The notes under the pieces were generated by a model, which ran no database searches, was not told the DNA's origin, and was given only the letters and a program-made list of their open reading frames with translations. From IMG/VR virus record IMGVR_UViG_3300021375_000006: a stretch of 64,000 nucleotides of DNA; one strand, written 5' to 3'. Positions 9,284-18,456 of this stretch are shown here, piece by piece. A program made the position numbers and the translations under genes. Every line of letters starts with the position of its first letter. The stretch's first letter is position 1. Origin of the DNA: a virus. Lineage: Duplodnaviria; Caudoviricetes.

Positions 9284-11644
9284 TTACTTTTTAAATCTTT
9301 TCTTTAAGCCCTCAGCGTAGCTAGACACATCGTAAAGTGGCTTCTTCTCTTCAGCTTTAACTGCTGATTCGTTAATAGAAGCTAACTTTTCTAGGTCAAC
9401 TTTTACCTCTCTTAGATCTCTAGTTTCCCAGAAGTTTCTAACTTGATACTCAGTTTTTAGAGTATGGTATTTTGATTGAGCTTTAATTTGATTTTGTTTA
9501 GACTCAGAAAGAGCTTCGAACTTCTCTTTGTACTCTGCAGGAGCTGCAGTGATAAAGAATGGTTCAGCTGTTTTAGCTTCTACAACTGCTTCAGCAGATT
9601 CAACGATTGCGTTGATTTCGCCTTCAGTCATAAAACCTCTTTTAGCAACTCTTTGTCTAACTTCAGTTTTAGCATCTTCGTTTAGAGCATTATATTTCTC
9701 TTGAGTTGTGCTAGATACAACTTTAAAGAATGATGGATTTTCATTTTCTTTAACTTGTGCAGCTTCAACTAGAGCGTCTAACTTAGATGAAATTTCTTTT
9801 TTGTAAGTATCTAAAGCAGATTCTTCAACTTCTTCAGTTTCTTCAACTTCTTCAGTTTCTTCAACTTCATCTTCTTCAGCTACTTCTTCGTTTTCAGTTT
9901 TGATACCTTCTTCTTCAGCGTATTCTTCAGCATTTTCTTTGTCGTCAGCATCAACACCTTCAACATCATACTCTTCATCGCCTACTTTGAATTTAGATTC
10001 ACCTTTAGCAATAGCTTCTGCTCTTGCAGAACCGAATGCGTTACCTTCTTCGACTTCGTCTTCTTCAGCAACTTCTTCAGCACCTTCGCCAGCTTCGTCT
10101 TCTTCAGCAACTTCGTCTTCAACTACTTCTTCAGCGCCCTCACCTGCTTCATCTTCTTCAGCAACTTCTTCGCTTTCTTCTTCAGTAACTTCGTCTTCAA
10201 CTACTTCTTCAGCACCTTCGCCAGCTTCGTCTTCTTCAGCAACTTCTTCAGTTTCTTCAACTTCTTCAGTTTCTTCAACTTCTTCCTCTTCAGCTACTTC
10301 TTTAGCACCTTCTTCACCGTCTACTAATTCGTCTTCTAATTCATCAGACTCATCTTCAACTTTATCTTCAACTTCAGCGTCAGATTTTACAGTTTCGTCT
10401 TCTAACTCTTCAGCAGGCTCACCAGAATCACCAGATTCTACATCACCTTCTTCTGAATTATCACCAACGTTTTCAATATCGTCTTCAGCTTCTTCTTTTT
10501 CTTGACCAGGCTCTTCAGCTTCGTCTTCTTCTTCGGTTACTAAACTTTCATTGATTTGAGTAGCAATATATTCTGCATACTCAGAAACATTTTGTAAATT
10601 TTCTTTCAAATACTCTACATAAGATAATAAGTTCTCAGAAGTTTCCGTACCTTCATTATGTTGTTCAGCCAAATAGTTAGAAAAATCTTTAACTTTACTA
10701 ACAGCTTCAGCTAAATGCTCAGAGTATTGAATACCTTGATCTAATTTTTCTGCTACATTTTCTGTATATGAAATACCTTGATCGGCTTTTTCAGCTACAT
10801 GCTCTGTATATTGGATTGACTCGTCTAATTTGCCAGCTAAATACTCTACGTATTCTGAGAGAGTATTAACGCGCTCGACGATGTGGTCGTTATGAGACTT
10901 TACGTTCTCTAACGTGTTATCTTCGCTATTCGCTCCGATAGACTCTTTAATGCCTTTAATTTCGTTAGCTAAGTACTCAGAATACTTGTGGAAATCTTCA
11001 GCCTTTACAAATTCTGCCATGTTTTTATTATTATTTGTTTCTATATTGGTTTCTGTAATTTCTTGTGCTACTTCAGGAGCTTCTGCGCCCTCGCCGTTCA
11101 TTTCGTAGATCCATAGACCTGAGTTATCATCAAAGCCATAAGATTCATTTACTCTCTTTAACTCAGCATTAGCGAATCCAGGATCTGCTACTAAGTCATA
11201 AGTAAATAATTGCTTGATTTTAACTTTACCGTTAGATTCAACGGCACCAGCTGCTCTAGAAGAGATTTGTAAAGGTACTCCAGCATCAACAAGAGCTTTA
11301 GCTTGTCTACCAGCATCAGTATCTAAAAGTCTGATTTTACCTTTAACGTGTTTGTTATCTTTGTCGTAATAAAGTTCTTCAATAATGTGTGAAACATTCT
11401 TAAGAGAAACATCAAACTGTTGTGGGTGATCTAATTCACCTAATAGTTTAGAAGATTTAATCTTATCTTGTAATTGCTGAATTTGAGGAATATACTCATC
11501 TTCAGTGTAGATACGATTATTTTTATTCTTGGAGTCAATTTCTCCAAAGATACCTTCTAGAATGTACTCTTTGTTTTCACCTTCAGCTACTTTTAACTGA
11601 GATGAAGACATTTCTACGATCAATAAGTCGTTTTTGTTTGCCAT
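9284..11644 (-). CDS. Prohead core protease (gp21-like) fused to scaffolding/core protein (gp22-like) with acidic repeats
   Basis: N-terminal LEGIF...KNKNNRIY...LLGELDHP...ISSRAAG...YDLVADPGFANA = gp21 protease, followed by helical repeats and an E/D-rich low-complexity tract. Confidence 0.92.
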   Translation of the reverse strand: MANKNDLLIVEMSSSQLKVAEGENKEYILEGIFGEIDSKNKNNRIYTEDEYIPQIQQLQDKIKSSKLLGELDHPQQFDVSLKNVSHIIEELYYDKDNKHVKGKIRLLDTDAGRQAKALVDAGVPLQISSRAAGAVESNGKVKIKQLFTYDLVADPGFANAELKRVNESYGFDDNSGLWIYEMNGEGAEAPEVAQEITETNIETNNNKNMAEFVKAEDFHKYSEYLANEIKGIKESIGANSEDNTLENVKSHNDHIVERVNTLSEYVEYLAGKLDESIQYTEHVAEKADQGISYTENVAEKLDQGIQYSEHLAEAVSKVKDFSNYLAEQHNEGTETSENLLSYVEYLKENLQNVSEYAEYIATQINESLVTEEEDEAEEPGQEKEEAEDDIENVGDNSEEGDVESGDSGEPAEELEDETVKSDAEVEDKVEDESDELEDELVDGEEGAKEVAEEEEVEETEEVEETEEVAEEDEAGEGAEEVVEDEVTEEESEEVAEEDEAGEGAEEVVEDEVAEEDEAGEGAEEVAEEDEVEEGNAFGSARAEAIAKGESKFKVGDEEYDVEGVDADDKENAEEYAEEEGIKTENEEVAEEDEVEETEEVEETEEVEESALDTYKKEISSKLDALVEAAQVKENENPSFFKVVSSTTQEKYNALNEDAKTEVRQRVAKRGFMTEGEINAIVESAEAVVEAKTAEPFFITAAPAEYKEKFEALSESKQNQIKAQSKYHTLKTEYQVRNFWETRDLREVKVDLEKLASINESAVKAEEKKPLYDVSSYAEGLKKRFKK
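9820..10300 (-). repeat. Coding tandem repeats (EEVEET; AEEDEAGEGAEEV)
   Basis: Repeated GAAGAAGTTGAAGAAACT and GCTGGCGAAGGTGCTGAAGAAG units. Confidence 0.9.
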
Positions 11645-11705
11645 ATCTATGGTTTATCTATTTTTATTATATATCTTGTTGTATTATACAAATATCTTAA
11701 TATCT

Positions 11706-12062
11706 TTAGACGCCTGCTAACGGATCTTCTTCTTCTCCGCCACCAGCATCTGCTTCGGCTTCTTTCTCTTCTTCCTTCTCTTGCTCAGCGTCCTCTGCCG
11801 ATTTATCTAAATAATATGCTACTAGAACATCCATCTCACCTTCAGCGAATGCATCTACTCCATACTCTCTATAGAAATACTCTTTAAATTCGCCCTCTGT
11901 TTTAGAAGAAGTAATAACTCCTAATATTTCAGCGGATTTGATTGTAGCACCAGAATCTAATTTTAAGTCTTCGACATAAATTTTAGAGTCTTCACCTGCC
12001 TTCATAGCGTCCTCTGCTATAAAATCTTCAAAGGTTTTAATTATTTTAAAATCGTTTTTCAT
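11706..12062 (-). CDS. Small acidic prohead-associated protein carrying the TFEDFIAE motif
   Basis: Between portal and protease, as T4 gp67/gp68 are. MKNDFKIIKTFEDFIAED; own late promoter. Confidence 0.55.
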   Translation of the reverse strand: MKNDFKIIKTFEDFIAEDAMKAGEDSKIYVEDLKLDSGATIKSAEILGVITSSKTEGEFKEYFYREYGVDAFAEGEMDVLVAYYLDKSAEDAEQEKEEEKEAEADAGGGEEEDPLAGV

Positions 12063-12095
12063 AATTTATATATCTCTTTTTCTGGCGAATCTAGG

Positions 12096-13691
12096 TTAAA
12101 GTGCATTCGGGTCCTCTTTCTCAGGCTCATCTGCATTATCTTTAGCCTCCTTTGCCTTATAGGCTTTGTTAGCTCTAATCTCGTCGTCAGTTAATTTTAA
12201 GTATTTAGTTACTAGATATTCTTGATCGAAATAGTATTCTTCTTCCATAGTTTCTGGATTAGTTGTCATTAGAGAGTCTCTCATGCTTGCGATAAAGTCT
12301 AATCTCAATTGCATGATTTCTTGCTCTTTTAATTCTGCAAATACATTCTCTTCATTATATCTTAATGCTACTTGAGTTTTAAACTGTGGATCGTCTACAA
12401 ACTCTGGGTACTTAAGACACATTTGAATATAAAGTGGTTTTACTAATATCTCTTGGAAGACTGATCTTAGACGCTTGATAAATTTACCAAACTTAATCTC
12501 ATCTCTTACCATACCGTCACCGGCTAGTGCGTAGTCACCACCATCATCTTCATATAAGAATCTATTGTAAGGAATTTTTGAAACCTCTTTTAATTTATCT
12601 GAGAAGTATTTAAGTGCTTCAGTGTCTGATAGATCTGGACCATCACCACCAAGGGTTTCAATTTCTGGCGTTTCACCATCTTTAGAAGGTAGCCAGTATT
12701 CTTTAGAGAATTGTAACATTGGCTTACCATCAGTTTCTAATGTTCCTGATTCAAAGTCAAAGTCTACAACTTCTTTATAGTTATTCATCAGCTGTGCTAA
12801 TGATTGTTTTGCTCTTGTTTTAGATTTACCACCAACAGGGATAATAAACTTCATTCTGAATGAAGCGTTCGTTACTGCCCATACCACTCTGGTATGTTCC
12901 ATAATTCTTAGTAAGTTAAAAGATCTTACTAGTCTCTCAACGTAACTTACTCTTGAAGCAGTTGAAAGGGAAGAATATGAAATGTAAATAATTTGAGAAT
13001 CATAAAGTACTCTCTCCTTTACAGGATCGTCTTTATATTGAATCCATACTTTCTTACCATCGTCTTTATTGTAACCTGGCATTAGAGTGATAGGATCGAT
13101 CTCTTTAAAACCTATAATCTCTTTTTGGTCTGGGGAATAAATTATCTCAAATGATAAGTAACCATCTACTAGGAATTTTCTAAAGAAGTACCATGCTGAT
13201 TGCTCACCATTAAATCCAAAGTAGTGATAGATTTGTCTAAAGTATTTGTTCAGGTCTTTGTTAACCTGGTCTGAGACATCAAGTCCCATAATCTCTGGTT
13301 GACAAAAGAAATTCTTTTCATTATATACCACTGCCTCGTCACAAAGAATATCTAGAATATCTTCAACCTCATCGTTCATTGAGAATCTTCTCAATTCATC
13401 TCTCTTACCTGGATAATCAATGTCAAAGAAAGGTACATTCTTCTTCATATTGATGTCACCCATTGATAGTGCTGCAAACGCACCATAGATGTCATCATTA
13501 TCTAAACCGAATGGATTCATTTCCTTATAGCCAAATTGGTCTTCCATTGGACCAATAGCTTGGGATTGACGTAGAACCATATCATCATAGCGCATACCAA
13601 AAGAACTTAGCGTCTTCAGTGCACTGGAGAGGCTAAATGGTCTTGTGTTAGAACTAAATGGTCCGTTTCTTTTATCTGCAAATCCTGCCAT
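12096..13691 (-). CDS. Portal vertex protein (T4 gp20-like)
   Basis: FRKFLVDG, IDP, SYVERLVRSFNLLRIME, YWLPSKDG...EIETLGG, YFSDKLKEVSKIP, RDEIKFGKFIKRLR. Confidence 0.97.
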   Translation of the reverse strand: MAGFADKRNGPFSSNTRPFSLSSALKTLSSFGMRYDDMVLRQSQAIGPMEDQFGYKEMNPFGLDNDDIYGAFAALSMGDINMKKNVPFFDIDYPGKRDELRRFSMNDEVEDILDILCDEAVVYNEKNFFCQPEIMGLDVSDQVNKDLNKYFRQIYHYFGFNGEQSAWYFFRKFLVDGYLSFEIIYSPDQKEIIGFKEIDPITLMPGYNKDDGKKVWIQYKDDPVKERVLYDSQIIYISYSSLSTASRVSYVERLVRSFNLLRIMEHTRVVWAVTNASFRMKFIIPVGGKSKTRAKQSLAQLMNNYKEVVDFDFESGTLETDGKPMLQFSKEYWLPSKDGETPEIETLGGDGPDLSDTEALKYFSDKLKEVSKIPYNRFLYEDDGGDYALAGDGMVRDEIKFGKFIKRLRSVFQEILVKPLYIQMCLKYPEFVDDPQFKTQVALRYNEENVFAELKEQEIMQLRLDFIASMRDSLMTTNPETMEEEYYFDQEYLVTKYLKLTDDEIRANKAYKAKEAKDNADEPEKEDPNAL

Positions 13692-13720
13692 AATATAGTA
13701 TTATTTCTGTTTTATATATC

Positions 13721-14317
13721 TCATTTATTTAGGTGGTTTCTGAAGGCTGCTCTAATCTTACCAACTGATGAGTTGTTTAACTCTAAAAAGTCGCATAATG
13801 CTATTCTTGCCCAATGTTCATAAGATACCACTTGTTGTTGTGATTTACGACTAGCTTTATATTGTCTAATCGCAAAGTCAAATCCATAGCGTTGTAAAAA
13901 CGCCTTTGCACCTCTATAACTTAATGATAGTGGTGCTTGAGCTCTAGCGTTCTCTGCCTTAGCGCCACTAGTCTGCCCATTAATATATTGTTTGTATTGT
14001 TCGTATACAAAATCTAAAAGTTGTTCTTTGATAGGTACTGGTAACATGTTTAAATTAATACCCATATCATTACCTGAATCTGATGTGTCTAAAGCTAATA
14101 CTACTGGATTACTATCCCACCAAAATGCTGAAACTGGATTTTGGTATCTGAAAACATATATTTTTCCAGGTTCAAATCTTCGCATCGATCTAGCAACCGA
14201 TTGTACTCTTATAGATTTAGATGTACTTTGGAACCATTCTTCTGCAGCGGATGCAGCCCTTCTCTTTCCACCAGCTTCTTTACTTAATGCCCTTATGTCT
14301 TTTAATACTTGTCCCAT
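13721..14317 (-). CDS. DNA end protector protein (gp2-like)
   Basis: PGKIYVFRY...WWDSNPVVL...MGINLNMLP resembles gp2 PGxMYxFxY...YD.FPLV...GLNLHYLP. Confidence 0.75.
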   Translation of the reverse strand: MGQVLKDIRALSKEAGGKRRAASAAEEWFQSTSKSIRVQSVARSMRRFEPGKIYVFRYQNPVSAFWWDSNPVVLALDTSDSGNDMGINLNMLPVPIKEQLLDFVYEQYKQYINGQTSGAKAENARAQAPLSLSYRGAKAFLQRYGFDFAIRQYKASRKSQQQVVSYEHWARIALCDFLELNNSSVGKIRAAFRNHLNK

Positions 14318-14796
14318 TACTTAAGAGTTTTTTCTGTTAGGACAATAAACCTCCAACCCCTATTTTCACACCATGCATTTGCATAGGCGTATTTGTCTCT
14401 ATTCTTAATATATTGTTCAGCTAAAAATTTATATGAATTAAGTGCCTTTTTAGATTTAGTTTTTGGGGGAAGTGGTTTCTTAATCTGGGCTTCTGGTTTT
14501 ATTTCAACCAACCACTCTACAGGGCCTTCATCGCCCTGGCCCTTTGTCTTCATATAGAAGTCTGGGTAGTACTTATGTTCTTTCTTGTCCATTGTAGACC
14601 TGTACTTAATCGTAACCGGCTCGCTGGACCACTTTAATACGTTATCTTTCGTATCGCACATAATCATAAACTTTCTTTCCCAAGAGGAACGATAAATGAT
14701 CGGAGTTGGTCCGATATATCTGTCAGGGTTTTCTGGGTTAAAATAGCCTTGTACAAATCCTGAGTTACTGCTTGGTTTTAAGTTCTTTATTGACAT
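14317..14796 (-). CDS. Head completion nuclease (gp4-like, TnsA-type)
   Basis: QGYF.P.NP..Y.G...IIYRSSWERKF...WSSE...YYPDF...VEIKP...GWRFIVLTE. Confidence 0.92.
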   Translation of the reverse strand: MSIKNLKPSSNSGFVQGYFNPENPDRYIGPTPIIYRSSWERKFMIMCDTKDNVLKWSSEPVTIKYRSTMDKKEHKYYPDFYMKTKGQGDEGPVEWLVEIKPEAQIKKPLPPKTKSKKALNSYKFLAEQYIKNRDKYAYANAWCENRGWRFIVLTEKTLK

Positions 14797-15174
14797 TTAT
14801 ATGTTAAACATTCCGCCTTCCGAGCTACCGTTATTGGTATTAATCTTATCCATAGAAAGTGTATTTTTATATTTCTGTGGATGTAGTTTATTCCAACCCT
14901 TAGCGTAACCACGCTTTGCTATTTCTGTAAAATATGCAAATGCATTAGTATATTTAGGATTGAAGTTTCTCCAATACTTTAATAGGTCTAAAATAGCAAA
15001 TTGTAGACAATCATTTTTATCATCTGAATTTAGATATACTAATCTATTTATTGCTCTTTCAGCCAGAAGTATTAACATTTTCTCTGCGTCGGGCGTTAAC
15101 TTATCCGCCTCTTTTGAGAGAACAATTTGATCGTATAGATCCCTATTGTTTAAGTAATTCTTTTTTCTTGGCAC
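14797..15174 (-). CDS. Late-transcription sigma factor (gp55-like), short (125 aa)
   Basis: NYLNNRDLY...LLKYWRNFNP...NAFAYFTEIAKRG. Confidence 0.85.
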   Translation of the reverse strand: MPRKKNYLNNRDLYDQIVLSKEADKLTPDAEKMLILLAERAINRLVYLNSDDKNDCLQFAILDLLKYWRNFNPKYTNAFAYFTEIAKRGYAKGWNKLHPQKYKNTLSMDKINTNNGSSEGGMFNI

Positions 15175-15207
15175 GTTTCGTTCTAATTATTTACTAATTA
15201 TATGAAA

Positions 15208-15237
15208 AAAAGCCCATTTGTTTCGAAATGGGCTTTT
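15208..15237. terminator. Terminator hairpin overlapping the gp55 promoter
   Basis: AAAAGCCCATTT-GTTTCG-AAATGGGCTTTT. Confidence 0.85.
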
Positions 15238-15265
15238 CTAAATTTAAAATTAAAATTTAAAACAA

Positions 15266-16453
15266 TTATACGTTGTCTTCTTGTGAAATATTAATCTTGT
15301 ACTTTTCTACTCTGAATGGTTTGTTCTCTATGAATACAGTTAAAATATCATTCTTACCTGCTTGATTAAATTCAACAGCATCAACTTTAACTTGCGCGTC
15401 TTCTGGTAAACCGTCAACCTCACCTTTTAAAGATGCAGTTACATAACCATCCTCAATACCTAATTGTTCTTCTTCTAAAACCTTTAAATCTGATTGGATT
15501 TTTTTAATTTCAGTTTCGATTAAATTATCTGCAGCTTTAATATCTGGTAATGTTCTATCAGCTTCTGCTAATCTACCTCTTTGGTCGAATAGGAAGGATA
15601 ACATTTCTTTGTATAGGTTAATATTATCATCTTTTACTTTACTAATACTAGCAGCAGCCTCTAATAAATCAGAAAACTGTTCAGTTATATCTGCACCGGT
15701 TTCGGTTGCAACATACTCAACAGCAGCATCTGCTAATAGTTGTTGGAATTTATCTAATTTAGTATCTTCGTTTACTCTATAAGTATACACTCTATTTTCT
15801 GCTCTCATTGCTAAAACTGTAACTTGACCAGACTTAGATTCTGTTAAGAAATCTAAAACCTTAAAAGTATCAAAGTTTTCTGAAGCTAATTGAAACATCT
15901 CTAAGACTGCTTTATCCTGGTATTTAATATAACCAACATTAAAAAATCTTTCTGATAATCTCTCTTCATTACCCATTGTCACTTCAATATTACCTGCAAA
16001 GAATTTACCTGATTCTTTGTTATATCTAAAGTTAATTGCAATTGAAGAAGATTTAGTCTCTTCTATTTTAGCTTGAGTAGCATCTAGTTCTTTGGTAACT
16101 TCTGTTAGAGCTTCACCCTTTTTACCAGCTAGTTTTAATTCTTTTGCTTTACCTTCTAAAAAGGAAGCAGTTTCATTTAATTCAGATAAAGTATCAAATG
16201 CTTCTACAGCACCCTCTTCTACTTTATTTAAAATTTGTTTTCTATTATAGTCATATAAAAAAGAGATGCCTTCGTTAGTAATTTCGAAAGACTTATTAGC
16301 AGCAACTAGGCTATTAAATAAATCATTAGTCTCATCAATCTTCTCAATATGATTGCCTGTAATTTTAAAGTTAGCACCTGCCGCATGAAATAGGAAACCT
16401 TGTCCTTGTTCTAAAATAGGCGATGTTAATTCTTTGTTTATTGAATTTGTCAT
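15266..16453 (-). CDS. Hypothetical protein, probably structural
   Basis: 395 aa ORF after a late-promoter variant; partly coiled-coil. Confidence 0.6.
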   Translation of the reverse strand: MTNSINKELTSPILEQGQGFLFHAAGANFKITGNHIEKIDETNDLFNSLVAANKSFEITNEGISFLYDYNRKQILNKVEEGAVEAFDTLSELNETASFLEGKAKELKLAGKKGEALTEVTKELDATQAKIEETKSSSIAINFRYNKESGKFFAGNIEVTMGNEERLSERFFNVGYIKYQDKAVLEMFQLASENFDTFKVLDFLTESKSGQVTVLAMRAENRVYTYRVNEDTKLDKFQQLLADAAVEYVATETGADITEQFSDLLEAAASISKVKDDNINLYKEMLSFLFDQRGRLAEADRTLPDIKAADNLIETEIKKIQSDLKVLEEEQLGIEDGYVTASLKGEVDGLPEDAQVKVDAVEFNQAGKNDILTVFIENKPFRVEKYKINISQEDNV

Positions 16454-16478
16454 TTCAAATTATTTATGTTTTCTTATA

Positions 16479-17537
16479 CTATATATCATCCAAATTTCCT
16501 TTCACAGTGAAGTTATCACCGAAGAGCGCTGAGTTAGGCTCATCCTTAGGTGGGACGACTGTATTACTATTTCCAATTGTAAACATTCTATTCGATTGTT
16601 TCTTACGTCTAGATACTCTCTTAATCTGAGTTTCTGTATTTTGTAGATTACCTAAAGTGGCTGCTACTGCTGGATCTGAGCAACTTAAACCATCTTCAAC
16701 TTTTATCCATTCAATACCGTTTGATTCCCATTTAGCAGGATAATAACTATCATAATAAACGTTAGGTGTAAAACCTGGATCGATAAATCCATTTGGATTT
16801 TCATAATCACCACATACAGCATTTGCATAATTAGTTCTTGTATACTTTCTATAAGTATCTTCTTCAAAATCAAATGAAGGTATAAACGAATTAATTTCTA
16901 AGCTAAATGTTATTTTATGGTTTGCTTTATCATCAAATGAATATTCAATTGGACGTTCTTGTGTATAATCTTCTGGCATCATATACTCAGATGAGATTCT
17001 ATAAGTACCCTCTTCTAAATGTCCAGCATCTACATGATAAAAATTAGCCTTATACATTTTTTTAACAATAGCCTCTGTAACTTTAAATAGATCTAACTGA
17101 CTTGATACTAAAATCTCAATATCGACTCCTAATACTACTGGAATCATTTCAAACTCAGCGACGAAGCCTTCCATTAAACCCTGCTCATTCATCATTGAGT
17201 ATTGACCCATATTTCTTTTATTAACTAGCTTAGAAGGGTCTACATTAAATGATGTTAGATTTACAATACCTCTTGGGATTTTATCATAATTACCATCTGC
17301 GAATTCACCATCTGGATCACAGCCTAATCCATTGACATTAGAGAATAAGAAATTATCTTTCATAAAATTCTCATCACCAGAAACTGCGTAAAAGAATGGT
17401 ACATCTACCTCGACTCTCTCATCATTACTAATCTGTCTCCAAAAGCTTAATTTGCTATTGAGGTCTGCTAATAGTCCGACAACAACATGTCTAATAACTG
17501 AGTCGTCTTTATTAAATTTTAAATTATATGTAGCCAT
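16479..17537 (-). CDS. Tail completion / sheath stabiliser (gp15-like)
   Basis: VVVGLLADLN...VDVPFFYA...PRGIV...PVVLGVDIEI pattern typical of gp15 homologues. Confidence 0.6.
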   Translation of the reverse strand: MATYNLKFNKDDSVIRHVVVGLLADLNSKLSFWRQISNDERVEVDVPFFYAVSGDENFMKDNFLFSNVNGLGCDPDGEFADGNYDKIPRGIVNLTSFNVDPSKLVNKRNMGQYSMMNEQGLMEGFVAEFEMIPVVLGVDIEILVSSQLDLFKVTEAIVKKMYKANFYHVDAGHLEEGTYRISSEYMMPEDYTQERPIEYSFDDKANHKITFSLEINSFIPSFDFEEDTYRKYTRTNYANAVCGDYENPNGFIDPGFTPNVYYDSYYPAKWESNGIEWIKVEDGLSCSDPAVAATLGNLQNTETQIKRVSRRKKQSNRMFTIGNSNTVVPPKDEPNSALFGDNFTVKGNLDDI

Positions 17538-17618
17538 AGATTATATATCAACCTTTACTGGTAACAAAAATGGCCAATATTTCTATTGGCCATTTTTACT
17601 TATTTTGGTTAAGTTCTA

Positions 17619-18416
17619 TTAATATTCAGTGTCGCCACCATTACATACCGCACCGGTTTCTTCTGCATTCCAGGCAGGAACTACATCACCGATTGGAGAA
17701 GGTGTTACGTCAACCATTCCAGCTTCAGATTGAGCTAAAGAACATATCTGCCTTGATTGTCCAGCACCAAGTGGTGAAGAAGCTGACGCTGTTGTTGGAT
17801 TTGCAATATCAGCTTGTTGTAGTGGATAATAGTTATACAGTACAGGATCTCCACTTTCGTTAACTAGTTGCCAAATTCTACCAGCGTAACTTGCAATTGT
17901 AGTTGTTGGTTCTGCTACTGTAAAGTTAGTGTAATAGTCTAGGTTACTATCTGCCCAAGTTTTCCACGTAGCAGCATCCTTGCCGGAAGGCATTGACCCG
18001 TTATTAAGTACATTTCCTGCGCTTTCATTTTTGTCCTTAATATGTTGAATTGCTGCAACAAAAGCATCATCACCAGTTCCAGCTTTAAATCTAATATACG
18101 CGTCGTTTACTTCTAACTGAGGTTGATCCGCATTATCAGGCGGAGGTGTAGGTTGTGTACCTGTTGTTGTAGATAATTGAGGTTGTCCTTCATTATTACA
18201 AATTAAATATGCTATGTGCCATGCAAATCCTTCTCTAGCTTCATTTATCCCGTTAATCCAATAAGAATCAGTTAATCCTGAATAAACATTAGATTCTGCT
18301 TGTTGGTTAGCACGAATTAATCTATTATTAGGCCCGTAGGCTGTATAATTTGAAGGTGCTGAATGAACGGTACCTGTGAAAACAGACCATATTCTTGAAT
18401 TGGTGTTGGTAGCCAT
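17619..18416 (-). CDS. Hypothetical T/P/A-rich protein, probably virion-associated
   Basis: 265 aa ORF with its own late promoter (18444). Confidence 0.6.
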   Translation of the reverse strand: MATNTNSRIWSVFTGTVHSAPSNYTAYGPNNRLIRANQQAESNVYSGLTDSYWINGINEAREGFAWHIAYLICNNEGQPQLSTTTGTQPTPPPDNADQPQLEVNDAYIRFKAGTGDDAFVAAIQHIKDKNESAGNVLNNGSMPSGKDAATWKTWADSNLDYYTNFTVAEPTTTIASYAGRIWQLVNESGDPVLYNYYPLQQADIANPTTASASSPLGAGQSRQICSLAQSEAGMVDVTPSPIGDVVPAWNAEETGAVCNGGDTEY

Positions 18417-18456
18417 AATTAGTTTTTAATCTTTTTTGTTTTATTATATATCCCTG

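Noticed and set aside
9820-10300. Regular repeats that might be a CRISPR array (also 46610-46810, 59696-59758)
   Set aside because: In-frame codon repeats inside ORFs, with no unique spacers of constant length and no cas genes.
9900-10505. 201 aa Ser-rich plus-strand ORF, and the other short plus-strand ORFs overlapping conserved genes
   Set aside because: Antisense shadows of minus-strand genes (GAA repeats read as TCT/TTC); no starts, promoters or motifs of their own.
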